In this document: in pieces, positions 11,374 through 22,107 of the stretch
How positions within the stretch are numbered: position 1 is the stretch's first letter
How the letters are laid out: the number at the start of each line of letters is the position of its first letter
Origin: Trichosphaerium sp. ATCC 40318
Taxonomy: Eukaryota; Protista; Tubulinea
Direction of reading: 5' to 3'
DNA: 64,000 nt
Assembly (NCBI GenBank): GCA_038496445.1
Contig: JALMLS010000210.1
Coordinates: forward strand, 1 to 64,000
Notes under the pieces: model-generated
Told to the model about the DNA's origin: nothing
Database searches by the model: none
The model's input: only the letters and a program-made list of their open reading frames with translations
Made by a program: the position numbers and the translations under genes

Positions 11374-13923
11374 ATGAGCAACTCGACTGCTCTTCTTACA
11401 ATATTCTTACTCTCAGCTATTTCTATTGTATCTAGCTGTACGTACAAGTGATATTTTTTACACAGAGTAGTCCTGAAGAGTAAACTTATACTGTTTTTTT
11501 AGCCGTCTTTCAAGCAGCTATCATTGGAGATCAAACATGTAGGCGAAACTCTGATACAATGGGCGTACCTCTAAACACGCTCACGTGGGGTGATGACGGA
11601 AGTAGATTCTCAGTTATTAAGTTCAGGATTTTTACCAACGAAGGTGGCTTAGTCCCAAGTGGATCTACCATTGACTCTGCTACTTTAACTTTCACTGGCG
11701 AAAATGATGGCGAATACCGCGGAAATATTTATAGATCAGCTGTTAACTGGGCCGAGAATACTGTCACCTACAACAACTTTGGTGCTTCTTCTGGAGCTGA
11801 TACTGAAGACTTTGATGGTCCTTCAGTCGCTGAATTACCTGACACAAGAAGGAGTAGAGAGATCACTGTAGATGTTACAAGCGCTGTTAGAGCATGGAAT
11901 AGCGGCCAAAGCAATTATGGTTTCGTCATTGTGCCAAGTACGTTCTCTTTTTTGCCTTAGAAATAACAAGTAGTTACTAACTGTTATGTTTTTTAGATGG
12001 TAACCGCAGAGGCCATTCTTCAGTATACTCGTCAGAATCGCAAGATAGTCCAGTGCTTGAAATTACAGTCCGCCCAACGTACCAAGGATATGATGGCAAT
12101 GGTAATAACCTTCAAAATCCTTCATACGGAGCTGTAGACGCTCCTCTATTACGTCAAGTTATGGGTGCTAACGGCAATATTGTTATACCAACATCATACC
12201 AGGATGGTCTTTCTTCAGTACGTCACAACAGCCGATTTTTGAAACTAACTGTGTCACTAGCCACGTGAATTAGATGCTAATGGAGACCCTCTACCTTCAG
12301 CACGGCAAGTAAGTAATCTTGTCGCCAACCACATTGAGCAAAGATCACGTGCAAGAAACCCAAGAAGGTACTTTCATGACTGAACCTGTCGTTTTACCGC
12401 AACTCTTGCTAATCTAAATTCTAGACATACTGATTTATTGACATATTTTGGGCAATTCTTGGACCACGACATTGATTTAACACCAGAAGGCGGAGCAGAA
12501 TTTAATATTCAAGTACCAGCAAATGATCCAGTCTTCTCTGGCGAACTTCATTTTACAAGAGCTGTACCAATATCTGGAACTCCAGCGACAGATCCTCTAG
12601 AGCATCCTAACATAATCAGCGCATTCATTGACGGTACGAACGTATACGGATCTGATCTCGACCGTGCTACTAAACTGAGAACAATGTAAGACAACATAAC
12701 AATCTTTGAAAGTGTCTTTTTTACTAACTTAGAAACTTAGGAATAACGGACTTATGAAGACTAGTCCAGGAGACTTTTTGCCTTATAATCTTGACGAACT
12801 CAACCTAGAAATGGCTAATATTGGATTTGTTCCCGACAATGAAACATATGTTGCTGGAGATGTCCGTGCCAATGAAAACGCTGTATTAATGTCTCTTCAT
12901 ACTTTGTTCGTAAGAGAACACAACAGGATTGCCGGAGAACTTCAAACAGAAAACCCAACATGGTCTGACGAGAGACTATACCAAGAAGCCAGAATGCGTG
13001 TTATTGCAACCCTTCAATCGATTACAATGTACGAATGGCTTCCAGAGGTTATTGGAAACGTACCAAACTACAACGTATGTCTAGCTATCATTTTTTATCA
13101 TGTACAAAGTGCTAATTTTTGTTTTACAGGGATACAATGACAACGTTAATCCTGGTATCATGAGCGTATTCTCTGGAGCAGCTTTCCGTTTCGGACACAG
13201 TTTAATCAGCACTGTAATCCATAGAGTCGACCCAGACTTTCACTCTATTCCACAAGGACCTCTTCTACTCCGTAACGCTTTTTTCAACCCTGTATCTATT
13301 CAATACGGTATTGGTTCTATTCTTAGAGGTGTCATGATGCAACAACATGAAGCTGTTGATGTACTCATCAGTGACGATTTGAGAAACTTCCTCTTTCAAA
13401 GCGTAGGTGGTGGAGGAGCAAACAGACACGATTTGTTTTCTTTGAATCTCCAAAGAGGCAGAGATTTGGGTCTTCCAGACTATAACACACTCCGTGCTGC
13501 ATATGGATTCAACAGAGTTAACGACTTCTCCGATATTTCAAGCGACCCTGCTACTGTTAATGCACTTGCTACTGCATATGTCAGTGTTAACGATATCGAT
13601 CCTTTCGTTGGTGGTCTTGCTGAAGGTACTGCTAACATGGTTGTATATTATCACGTGTCTTATTTCTATTCGTAGATCATCTTCCAAACAGTAAAATGGG
13701 TGAGTTGTTCACAGCAATCCTAAGAGACCAATTTGTGAGGTTGAGAGATGGTGATAGGTTCTGGTTTGAAAATAACCGCTTTTCACAACAAGAAACACAA
13801 CAGTTGAGAAATACTAAAATGTTGGATGTCATCATTCGTAACACTGATACAAGACAGAGTACAGGCCGGGATTTCGTTTCCGCTTTCTCTCTCAGTGATG
13901 CATCAAATGTACCTAATATGTAA
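11374..13923 (+). CDS. Secreted heme peroxidase (peroxidase-cyclooxygenase superfamily) with N-terminal DNRLRE/CBM96-like domain
   Basis: Signal peptide [27 protein letters not shown]-like 'IDSATLTF...[10 protein letters not shown]...[21 protein letters not shown]...YSSE...PVLEIT'. Peroxidase motifs YDGNGNN, GQFLDHD (distal His), [25 protein letters not shown] (proximal His), [21 protein letters not shown]. Confidence 0.93.
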
Positions 13924-14749
13924 ATTGACTCAACGTCGTGATGTAAATAAACTCTTTACCAGAGCACGGTTATTAAAATTAGTTGTGATTGTAGGAATCA
14001 AAAAAGAAAAACAAAAAAACAAGTTCGGATTAACTCATATCAAACAGAGGAAACAGGATAACCCATGATTTTTAAAACTTAGTAGTATATATCACTGAAA
14101 CTAACTGGCAAACTTTATTTAGGAGCGGGTATATGGGGAGCGCATAGTGGAGAATGTGGCTTACGGAGTCTACCCAATGTATGCGAGAAGCCTTCCCAAA
14201 AAAAACCAGTACAAGCGACAGTTAAGTTGTTTTAGGCTCGTTTTACAACCACTCGTGTGCACCTAATACTAATTTCTACTGATGCTCAAGTAACGTACCT
14301 TGTATGCAAATTTTATCTACAGACGGATACATAAAGGCCAAGAAGTAGCAATATCCTATCAATATAGCAGAGAAGAAAGACAAAAATGTTTGGAGACTAC
14401 TGTTTTACATGCTCTTGGCAAGATCTATTTACCAGTTTATAAATATAGCACAAGATGGTGCTACTGATGATGATTAAATTACTTCAAAAGATTATTAATA
14501 AAGAGAACTGTTATGTGCTTAAAATAAACTTTTGTTTCCTAAAGTGCAACATCATTCTTGTTAGACATACTCTCAACACAAGCTTTTTTTGATACCTGAG
14601 TTCTGTGTACCCTGTAACAGTTTGTGTAATTAATCCATTGCCACAAACAGCTAGGTTAAACCACAAGTTACAACTTTTTTTGCATAGCAAACTTATACAT
14701 TACTCTTTTTTAATTATTTCAGTATTTATTATTTACAATTTTGTTACAT

Positions 14750-15590
14750 TACAGCCAAGCAGCGAAGGTAGAACAGTTAGCAAATAACTTATAATAAGTA
14801 ATAATAAACCTATAATTTGTATCATTATTTACAATGGTGGTGCATTGTAAACAACGATGCATTAAAACTACCAATGAAATACTGAAATTCTGAAACACTA
14901 TTACATACCATTTTGTAAGCTATCATCCTCATCACCCAAGCCAAGCTGTGAAGCCCACCTGACTGCACCTAAAATATATGTACCTATCCTCTGAATCCTC
15001 ATTCCTTGCAACCTACCTAACTGTTACACTATGATGTACCATCCCATGAATCGAAACCTATTGTAAGCCAAGCTGTGAAGGTAGAACAGTTAGTACGTAA
15101 ACTTTTAAACATGTAATAAACACGCGCCTATTGTAACCTATCCAATTGTACAGAATCTACACCCTTGCCAAAATCTTGAAGCCTTCCGGTCAACCTTATC
15201 ACCTAAGCCTATCTGTGAAGCCAACCAACTACCTTTATTTTGTGTAATTTTTATATTTATTTAGTTTTGTATTACAATTTACAATCCGCCACCATCTTGT
15301 ATTGTGTGCACCCTTCAAGTCAAGCAATGTTGTCAAATGACCCAATTTATGTCTTTCTGGGCAATAACACAATGTGTAACTTGAAGGGTACACAACACCG
15401 AAACACTACATACAGGTTAGTTATGAAACACAAATACTATATTTTACCGTTCTCCAAGCCAACATCCCTTATCACCCAATGAAGCCTAAATTACGTACCA
15501 TCCTATGAATCCCCTTTGGTACCTACATAACTATTCACTAATACCCTATACATACCATCCTGTGAATCCACATCCCTTGTGGCCTACTCA
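14750..15590. repeat. Degenerate C-rich dispersed/tandem repeats
   Basis: Recurrent motifs CCAAGC(T/A)G(T/C)GAAG (~14754, 14941, 15068), GAAGGTAGAACAGTTAG (x2), TCACC(C/T)AA (x3) and TACCATCC.(A/G)TGAATC-like (~14980, 15036, 15496, 15552). Confidence 0.65.
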
Positions 15591-15608
15591 TACAAAAGGT
15601 TAGTCGTA

Positions 15609-15960
15609 AACTCATATGATTTTGTTGCCCACTACGAAAGGCACATGCCCAAGTACTTGTTAGAAGGCAAGGCATCTGTGCGCAAGAATGATGCCCCTAG
15701 CGAGATATATTTGAAGCACAAGGTGCAAGGTACATGGTTGGTATTACAAAAGGTATGTACTGAAGCCCTCAGAGCAACAATGCATGTATAAATAAATATA
15801 TATTTAATACATACCGTTTGTAATACCTGTACCTTGCACTCATTGCGATTTCAAATATAGCCTGCAAAGGGCATCATTCTTAACACACACGGTGTCTTAC
15901 CTCCAAACAAGTACTTAGACACTACCTTTCCTTGTGGGTAAGTTGTACAAAAAATAAGTT
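15609..15960. repeat. ~350-bp imperfect inverted repeat (foldback/MITE-like)
   Basis: Nested complementary blocks AAGTACTTGTT/AACAAGTACTT, AAGAATGATGCCC/GGGCATCATTCTT, TATATTTGAA/TTCAAATATA, GTGCAAGGTACA/TGTACCTTGCAC, GGTATTACAAA/TTTGTAATACC, GGTATGTA/TACATACC around a ~45-nt loop. Confidence 0.85.
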
Positions 15961-16804
15961 ATCTTAGACACGTATGTCACCTTTCAACTATCCATCAACC
16001 GCAACGCCTAGGCAAGACAACCGTGGTGCGTTACCCAAAGTAATTGACAAATGTCGTTCCTCTGAGTATCTGAATAATTGTGCAGCTTAAGACTACCAGG
16101 AACACATGTCCCCTTCATCCACTGAACGGAATCGAGCGCTACTACATTGCTGAAGCAAAACCTCACACAGTGCTCACGCATTCTCCAACTTCCCATTGCT
16201 TACGCAATGCTTCTCATCGCTTGCATTTCCCATGAACCGAATCTTGCCAAGCATTTATGCACGTGCTAAAACGCTAGCAAAGAAACAAGTTCATGGTTGT
16301 CATGTATTCATATATTCAATATGATTGGCCATACATGGGTGGATAGCATTCGTTTGCCCTAGGGCTCACTCATACTGGACATACTCTCTAGATATATGTG
16401 CAACACATAGCATGACTCCGGCACTCAGTTCAGCATAACTCCTTTCAGAGATTTTATAACACCAAAAGAGGAACCAACTTTCATAACATAGGCATATAGT
16501 TGTCGACGGTTCGTTGTCAACAATGCATACTATCATACTCCCAGTCGATGGTCCAGGTGGAAGTATGGTATTCATGTGTAATACTAGCGTACACTCAGAT
16601 GTGATGTGCATCTGAGACTATGTTCCGTGTACTCACTCCGTAGTCCCTTAGGCAGTGATTAATGACCCGATTAAGAAGCCCCCCCGATATACACGGCTAA
16701 TTGTTGCACACGCAAGCTGTTGTACCCTAAGAGGGGACTTCAACTCACTTATTTTCTGCACAACTGTCAAAGATTGTGGCCCGCTGGGAGCATCAATCTA
16801 ATCT

Positions 16805-17370
16805 AGCTGCTGATGACACGTACCTATTAGGGTACAATGTCCTCACATAGGCGGCCTGTGAAGGTCGCCACTGTGGTTACAAGAGAAGTAACTCAATTAA
16901 CATATTCATACTGCATTGCTGCTGTACACATGGAAGAAGAGTACTTCTTTCGTGGCTGCTTATGACATGGACCTGTTAGGGAGCAATGTCCTTACAACGG
17001 TGGATCATGGTCACCGCTGTGGTTACAAGAAGAGTAACTCGACTAACATATCCATACTGCATTGCTGCAATATATTATATATGATAGAATAGTAGTACTC
17101 TTTTGCAGGCTGCTTACTTACCAACATCACAAAGATGCTGAGCTGCTGATGGCATGCACTTGTTAGAGCGCAATGTCCTTACAACGGTGGATCTCGGTCA
17201 CCGCTGTGGTTACAAGAAGTAACTCGATTAACATAGCCATACTGCATTGCTACAGTACCATATGAAAGAAGAGTTACATTCTTGTACACTAGCATCACAA
17301 AGATGCTGGTGCTGTTGTTGTTGTCACAAGGACAAAGTCATGAAAAGCCCACAACTCGATTAACATTTCT
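16805..17370 (+). repeat. Three tandem ~150-185-bp structured units plus a partial fourth; candidate ncRNA array
   Basis: Units start at ~16805, ~16954 and ~17141. Each has GCTGCT(G/T)ATG, TTAG, CAATGTCCT, a variable hairpin, GTGGTTACAAGA..GTAACTC, TAACATA and CATACTGCATTGCT. The strand is inferred. Confidence 0.85.
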
Positions 17371-18719
17371 ACGCCTGCATGGGCGTTCTAATGATAGAAG
17401 AGAAAGAGTACAACACAACCAACAATAACATTTTGAAGGCACAGTACGAAGCTACACTGTCACATCATGGAATCGTCATGATGGATGTACTAAGGGCTTG
17501 CCTTTTCTATCTCATCTAGAGTATCCAGTTTTTGTGGTACAATGTGAGTGTTCTGTGCTCATCTACCAAGGTACTTAAGACATGTCTTGTTCCCAAGGAG
17601 TAAGTCAATGCATGATGTAGTTACATCACACATCTTGCAAGCTGGAGGTCGATTAACACTGCCTATGCTATGTTTTTTATGCATTTCTCATAGGGGTTAT
17701 GTGGTAGAAGACCAACTGCAAGCGGAAGAGAAGCGACTGCCAGGGCACAACACAAATTTCTTTATGTTTGGCGAATTTTTTTTTTTCGTCGGTGCCTCAA
17801 AGTGCTTTCTTCTTTTATGCTGTATTAGGCTACACGGTTGTAAGACTGGGGGTTGTATGTGAAAATATTGAGTTTTCGTGGCACCTTCAATACCATTGTA
17901 ACTCTCGTAGCTTTCTGCATACGCGTTGTGTGCTGTGGTTGAGTTTGGAAAAAAACCCAAAACGGCACTATTGCTTTGTTGTTCCTGTGCTTTGAGCCCC
18001 TTTTTCGTTGTCGACAGTATCCAAATAACTACTTGTGGGCCCGAATATGCTCTCACAAACACCGTCACTCTATTTTATTGCCTTCACGCTATTGTGTATA
18101 AATAGCAACAAAAAACCAACCGTTTTTTCTTAAAACTGCCTTTATTTGTCTCCGCTTGGCACTTACATCTATTTGTGCCTTGTTTCACCGGCGTAATCCG
18201 CCGTTTTTACCGTTCCTGTCCACGACGAATTTCAGTTGACTATCCAAACCTCTGACAAAAAAACCAGATCCAATCTCATCTTTTTAGTTGCTCGTTGCGA
18301 GCGATAATTGCACGTTCTCGGTGATACGTCATTGAAGGCTATTCCATTTAAAATTATTTGCTATAACAGCGAACAGTTTAAGTTAATACCATCTGTTTAG
18401 TTAGAAGTGAATTACGTTGCCTTGCACGAGGTGCGCAGACATCTTGTTTTACAAAAAATTAGAATAAATTAAGAAAAAACAGCCCGTTGTGAGAAGTGGC
18501 TTTTGTGTACCTAAGAATGCTTGGTGCTTCAGAAGCTATGAAAATAGAAAAAATGCGAATATTGATTTTGTTGTGGTAGAAAAGGGCGGCTAAAACAAGA
18601 TCTGTCAGTTTTGTCAGTTCTTGCGAGATCTTGCACTTTGATTGACTTCTGTCAAACCTGTTGCAAACTTGAATGATACGGACATACACTTGAAATTTAC
18701 ATTCAGTACTGCTTGATCA

Positions 18720-18862
18720 AGTATTGGTGCTTAATATTCGCCTCTACATGATGCAGGTATTAACGAATGCTTAAACGGAAACTCGCGTCCACCCAGCGTT
18801 TAATGAACACAACAAAATTGTACAAATGTTACTCAAAGCAAGTGCAAAAATCGAAAAGATGG
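18720..18862 (+). pseudogene. Ankyrin-repeat gene remnant
   Basis: Splicing one GT-AG intron gives 'YSPLHDAAFNEHNKIVQMLLKASAKIEKM' (ankyrin consensus), but an in-frame TAA lies immediately upstream. Confidence 0.4.
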
Positions 18863-19074
18863 AGTATGACCGTTTGTAGTTAAGCCATCCTTAAACCGTT
18901 ATTCCAGTGGAAATAACGTATTAACTAATGTGGTGATACTGCTAGCTTCAATTTGGTGATTGTTTATCAAAGAAAAGGAACACACTGAAACAAAATAACT
19001 GCCTGAAGGTACACAAGACAATATTACGCGGTTGGCACATATGTAATGACTTGATGAGCTGTTTTTAGCAAAAA

Positions 19075-21623
19075 ATGAGTGAAAGCAAGGAAACTGTCCC
19101 CAGAGTGCGCTTAGTAATAAAACCATTGGAAAAAACTGCGGTAGATACTCTGAAACATATGATAGATACCCGTTCAAGCACGTGTTACTTTTGTTTTTGG
19201 GTTTTTTTACTTCGAGTAATCATTACGAGTAGAACAACAATTACTTGCGCCTGAATCCTTTGATGGTATTTGTTCTGCTCTCCATAAAGTTGGAACATCT
19301 GAACTTGAAGATGCATCATTCGAAATACTGAGTGCAGTTATCAGATCTACTTTATCGGTGAGTATTATCAACTTTTTTCTTCGTTTTTTCGCTGTCGTGC
19401 ACTGTTGGAGGATTTTTATTCCGCTAATTATTAATTTTGTTCCAAAGGATTGGGAAACGCTCCAGTTATGTAGTATGGTGCATAGGCGGGTTAAAATTTC
19501 AGAGACACCCAAAATGTATACTAAAATGTACTTGAACCCCACCTGTGGTGATTCTGAGGTGCGTCAAGTATAAAGTATTGTAAGATATTTACTATTTTTG
19601 TGACTGTAGAAGTCTTTACTAGTACAAGCAGTATTTGTACCAAAACCAATGGCACGTGACACACGTGCGCTAGTTTTTTTTTCTTAAACAGCTTTAGGTT
19701 GCTTTGGCGCTTGCAGAGACTTTTGGGTTTGAGAATATACAATTAGATTGTTCTAGATGGTTTAACTCTACACTTTCACTATTACCTTCAAACAAATACT
19801 CATCATTTATGAGTAAGGAACCTGGTTTTTTAAATATTGTTTTCGACTTTAGTAAGTATTTTAAGGTACTCTTATGAGGCAACAGTTAAACCAAGTCAGA
19901 ATACAGTCCCAGTATGAGGCTCAACAAAAAGTAGAAGTATACAGGGAACATACATATATAAATTTTGGCAGAGGTATGAAACCTTCTAATAGCTCGCTCT
20001 TAAGTGAAAAAAAGCACTAATCAGACCTCAGCCAAGTATACTATTAAACACGTTTGGATACCTACAACTGTAGTCAGTTTTGATGCTACAGGTGTGATTG
20101 TGATGTCGAACTACTCAGAGATAAGTATTGCAGATAGTACTAAGATACGATTACCACGTGTGATCAATGGATATCGTTTTACCCCAGGTAAGTTTTTGCT
20201 TCTTACTTTTTTCTGATTTTGAGGTTTTTTTTGAAAATGTGTAGGTGATGAGTGTGAAGTAAAACATGAAGGCTATTGGGTATCTGGAACTATAATTGAG
20301 AAATCAGGCTCACGGTATTTTGTTGAATTACACACTAAAGAAAAAGATCAGGATAGAGAACTGTATTCAAGTAAACAATTGATTTTAAAACGGAGCACAC
20401 GTGCGTTCAACTAAGTTAGTTTTTTTGCCATATTTTGATGGCTTACAGGGTCGATTTTTGTACATTCTTCTATATCAGATTATGGCCTCCAAATGAGTAA
20501 GAAAATGGAAGAATTGTAAGAATAACTTGTTTTTTTTGGCAAGACAAACGTTAAACTAACTTCTTGATTTTTTTTTAGTGACGCCTCCCTTGTTAAGTGT
20601 AAAAAGTGTGAAAAGCATTTTGCAAGAGGTTTCTACATTTCTAGAACAGATAATGTCGTAGAAGACTTTCACTGTGATAATTGTGTTCTATGTGAATGTG
20701 GTACTACAAATATTTTATTACCTCTTGTATCTTGTAGTAATAGTATTCAAAGGTGCTGATGGTTGGACTCCTCTTTTAGGACCCAACCCTGAACTGAGAA
20801 CTGTAACTAGATGCCAAGTACGTGTATATGTATTTACTGCTAGTTTAATTACATTAAATAGCAATGTTATCTCAATGGACAATGTTCTCTATGTGCAAAT
20901 AGAAGTATACGAATGAGAGTTTGCAAAGATTGTGAGGGAAGGCCACAAGATCAAGAACCTGACAGCCAACAAAGCCCTCAACCAGAATTGATGAACAATC
21001 CTGTGGTAGATATGGAGGAAGAAGAGGAAGATAGTATAATTGATGAAGACGAGATAATGACGGTATGTTAATGCAATATGTAGTTCAGGGTAAAATATCA
21101 ACCTTTTGCACTTTTCTAATCACAGTCTCTTGATTATGTTTTAACTTATTCCTTTTTAGGATATTCCTCCACTTAAAACAGGAGACAATCAAGTTGATAA
21201 AATGATGGACATCATTAGATACGAGGAGAGATTGAAACACCTTCACGTTGATATTATGGAAAAAGATGCAAAATATGAACAAATCACGTGTCAGTGTCTA
21301 TCACAGGATGAGTCTATGGAGAAGCTAATTAAAAATATGTTAAAAATTAGGAGAGGCGAATTCTACCAAAGAAGAGAGTTAACCCAACTAAGAGAGGCTC
21401 TGTGTAAGTCCCTTTGAATATGTCTTTTATTCCTAACTATCTTTTTCTCTTAGATTTGAATCAAGAACTCCTCAGAGCTCTATTATACTCTAGGAATGAT
21501 CTTTTAAGAGCTAAACGAGAGCAAAGATCAACAGAAAGAAGTATACAAACAATGGAAGCAGAAATACTGTCTGCAATAAGAGAACAAGCAGAAAGGCTAT
21601 TGTCAAGGCAAAAAGCAGAGTAA
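19075..21623 (+). CDS. Putative chromatin-associated protein: Tudor/Agenet-like domain + Cys-rich PHD-like zinc fingers + acidic stretch + C-terminal coiled coil
   Basis: Exons give 'FTPGDECEVKHEGYWVSGTIIEKSGSRYFVEL' (Tudor-like), 'CKKCEKHF...FHCDNCVLCEC...CQQC...CSLC...CKDC', 'DMEEEEEDSIIDEDEI' and a coiled-coil tail to TAA 21623. The 5' end is uncertain and may have an upstream exon. Confidence 0.55.
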
Positions 21624-22107
21624 ATTAATCCTTTTAGCCACAGTTTCTATGCTCCTTCAACTACCCAACTAACTGTACACAACCAGCACATAGCAAAGTA
21701 AAAACACATTCTTTAATTTAGACTTCATAGTTTTAATAAAGGTCTTGCGAATCGTAGCATGCTTATTCAGGCTTGTACCCATCACGTATGGAACTAGACT
21801 TAGGAAACCTTCGCTTCACAAGTTATTGCAAAGTATAGCAACCCAGGAGGACTGGAAACGTTGTTTGTGACAGCACCTCTTTTGGATTTTTTGCTGTAAG
21901 TGCATTTGTCGGTGGAGCAGCGATAGCTTCCACTGCTCGTGTACTCATATCACTTGCTACTCGCGCGATTAGGTTAGCGAACACGTTTGTTTGATCACGT
22001 GATATGGCGCATAAAAATTGAAATACCCGAAAGTGAGAAACGAAATTGTAGTAAAATTGCAGTAATATTCATGTGAAAAAGTGCCAATACCATAAAACCG
22101 ACAAGAA

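Noticed and set aside
16610-16650. GAGACTA...TAGTCC resembling group I intron P7 (R/S elements)
   Set aside because: Spacing is too short, no convincing P4/P6 core, and no host gene.
16809-16960. CTGATGA in unit 1 of the array suggesting a hammerhead ribozyme or C-box
   Set aside because: Not conserved in the other units (CTTATGA, CTGATGG); no correctly placed GAAA/stem III/NUH and no D box.
16805-17370. CRISPR-like array
   Set aside because: Units are long and homologous throughout, with no unique spacers; no cas genes; eukaryotic context.
16000-18100. Short ORFs in the repeat island as possible transposase/RT/recombinase remnants
   Set aside because: No DDE, RT, tyrosine-recombinase or TnpB/Fanzor motifs could be identified in the frames examined.
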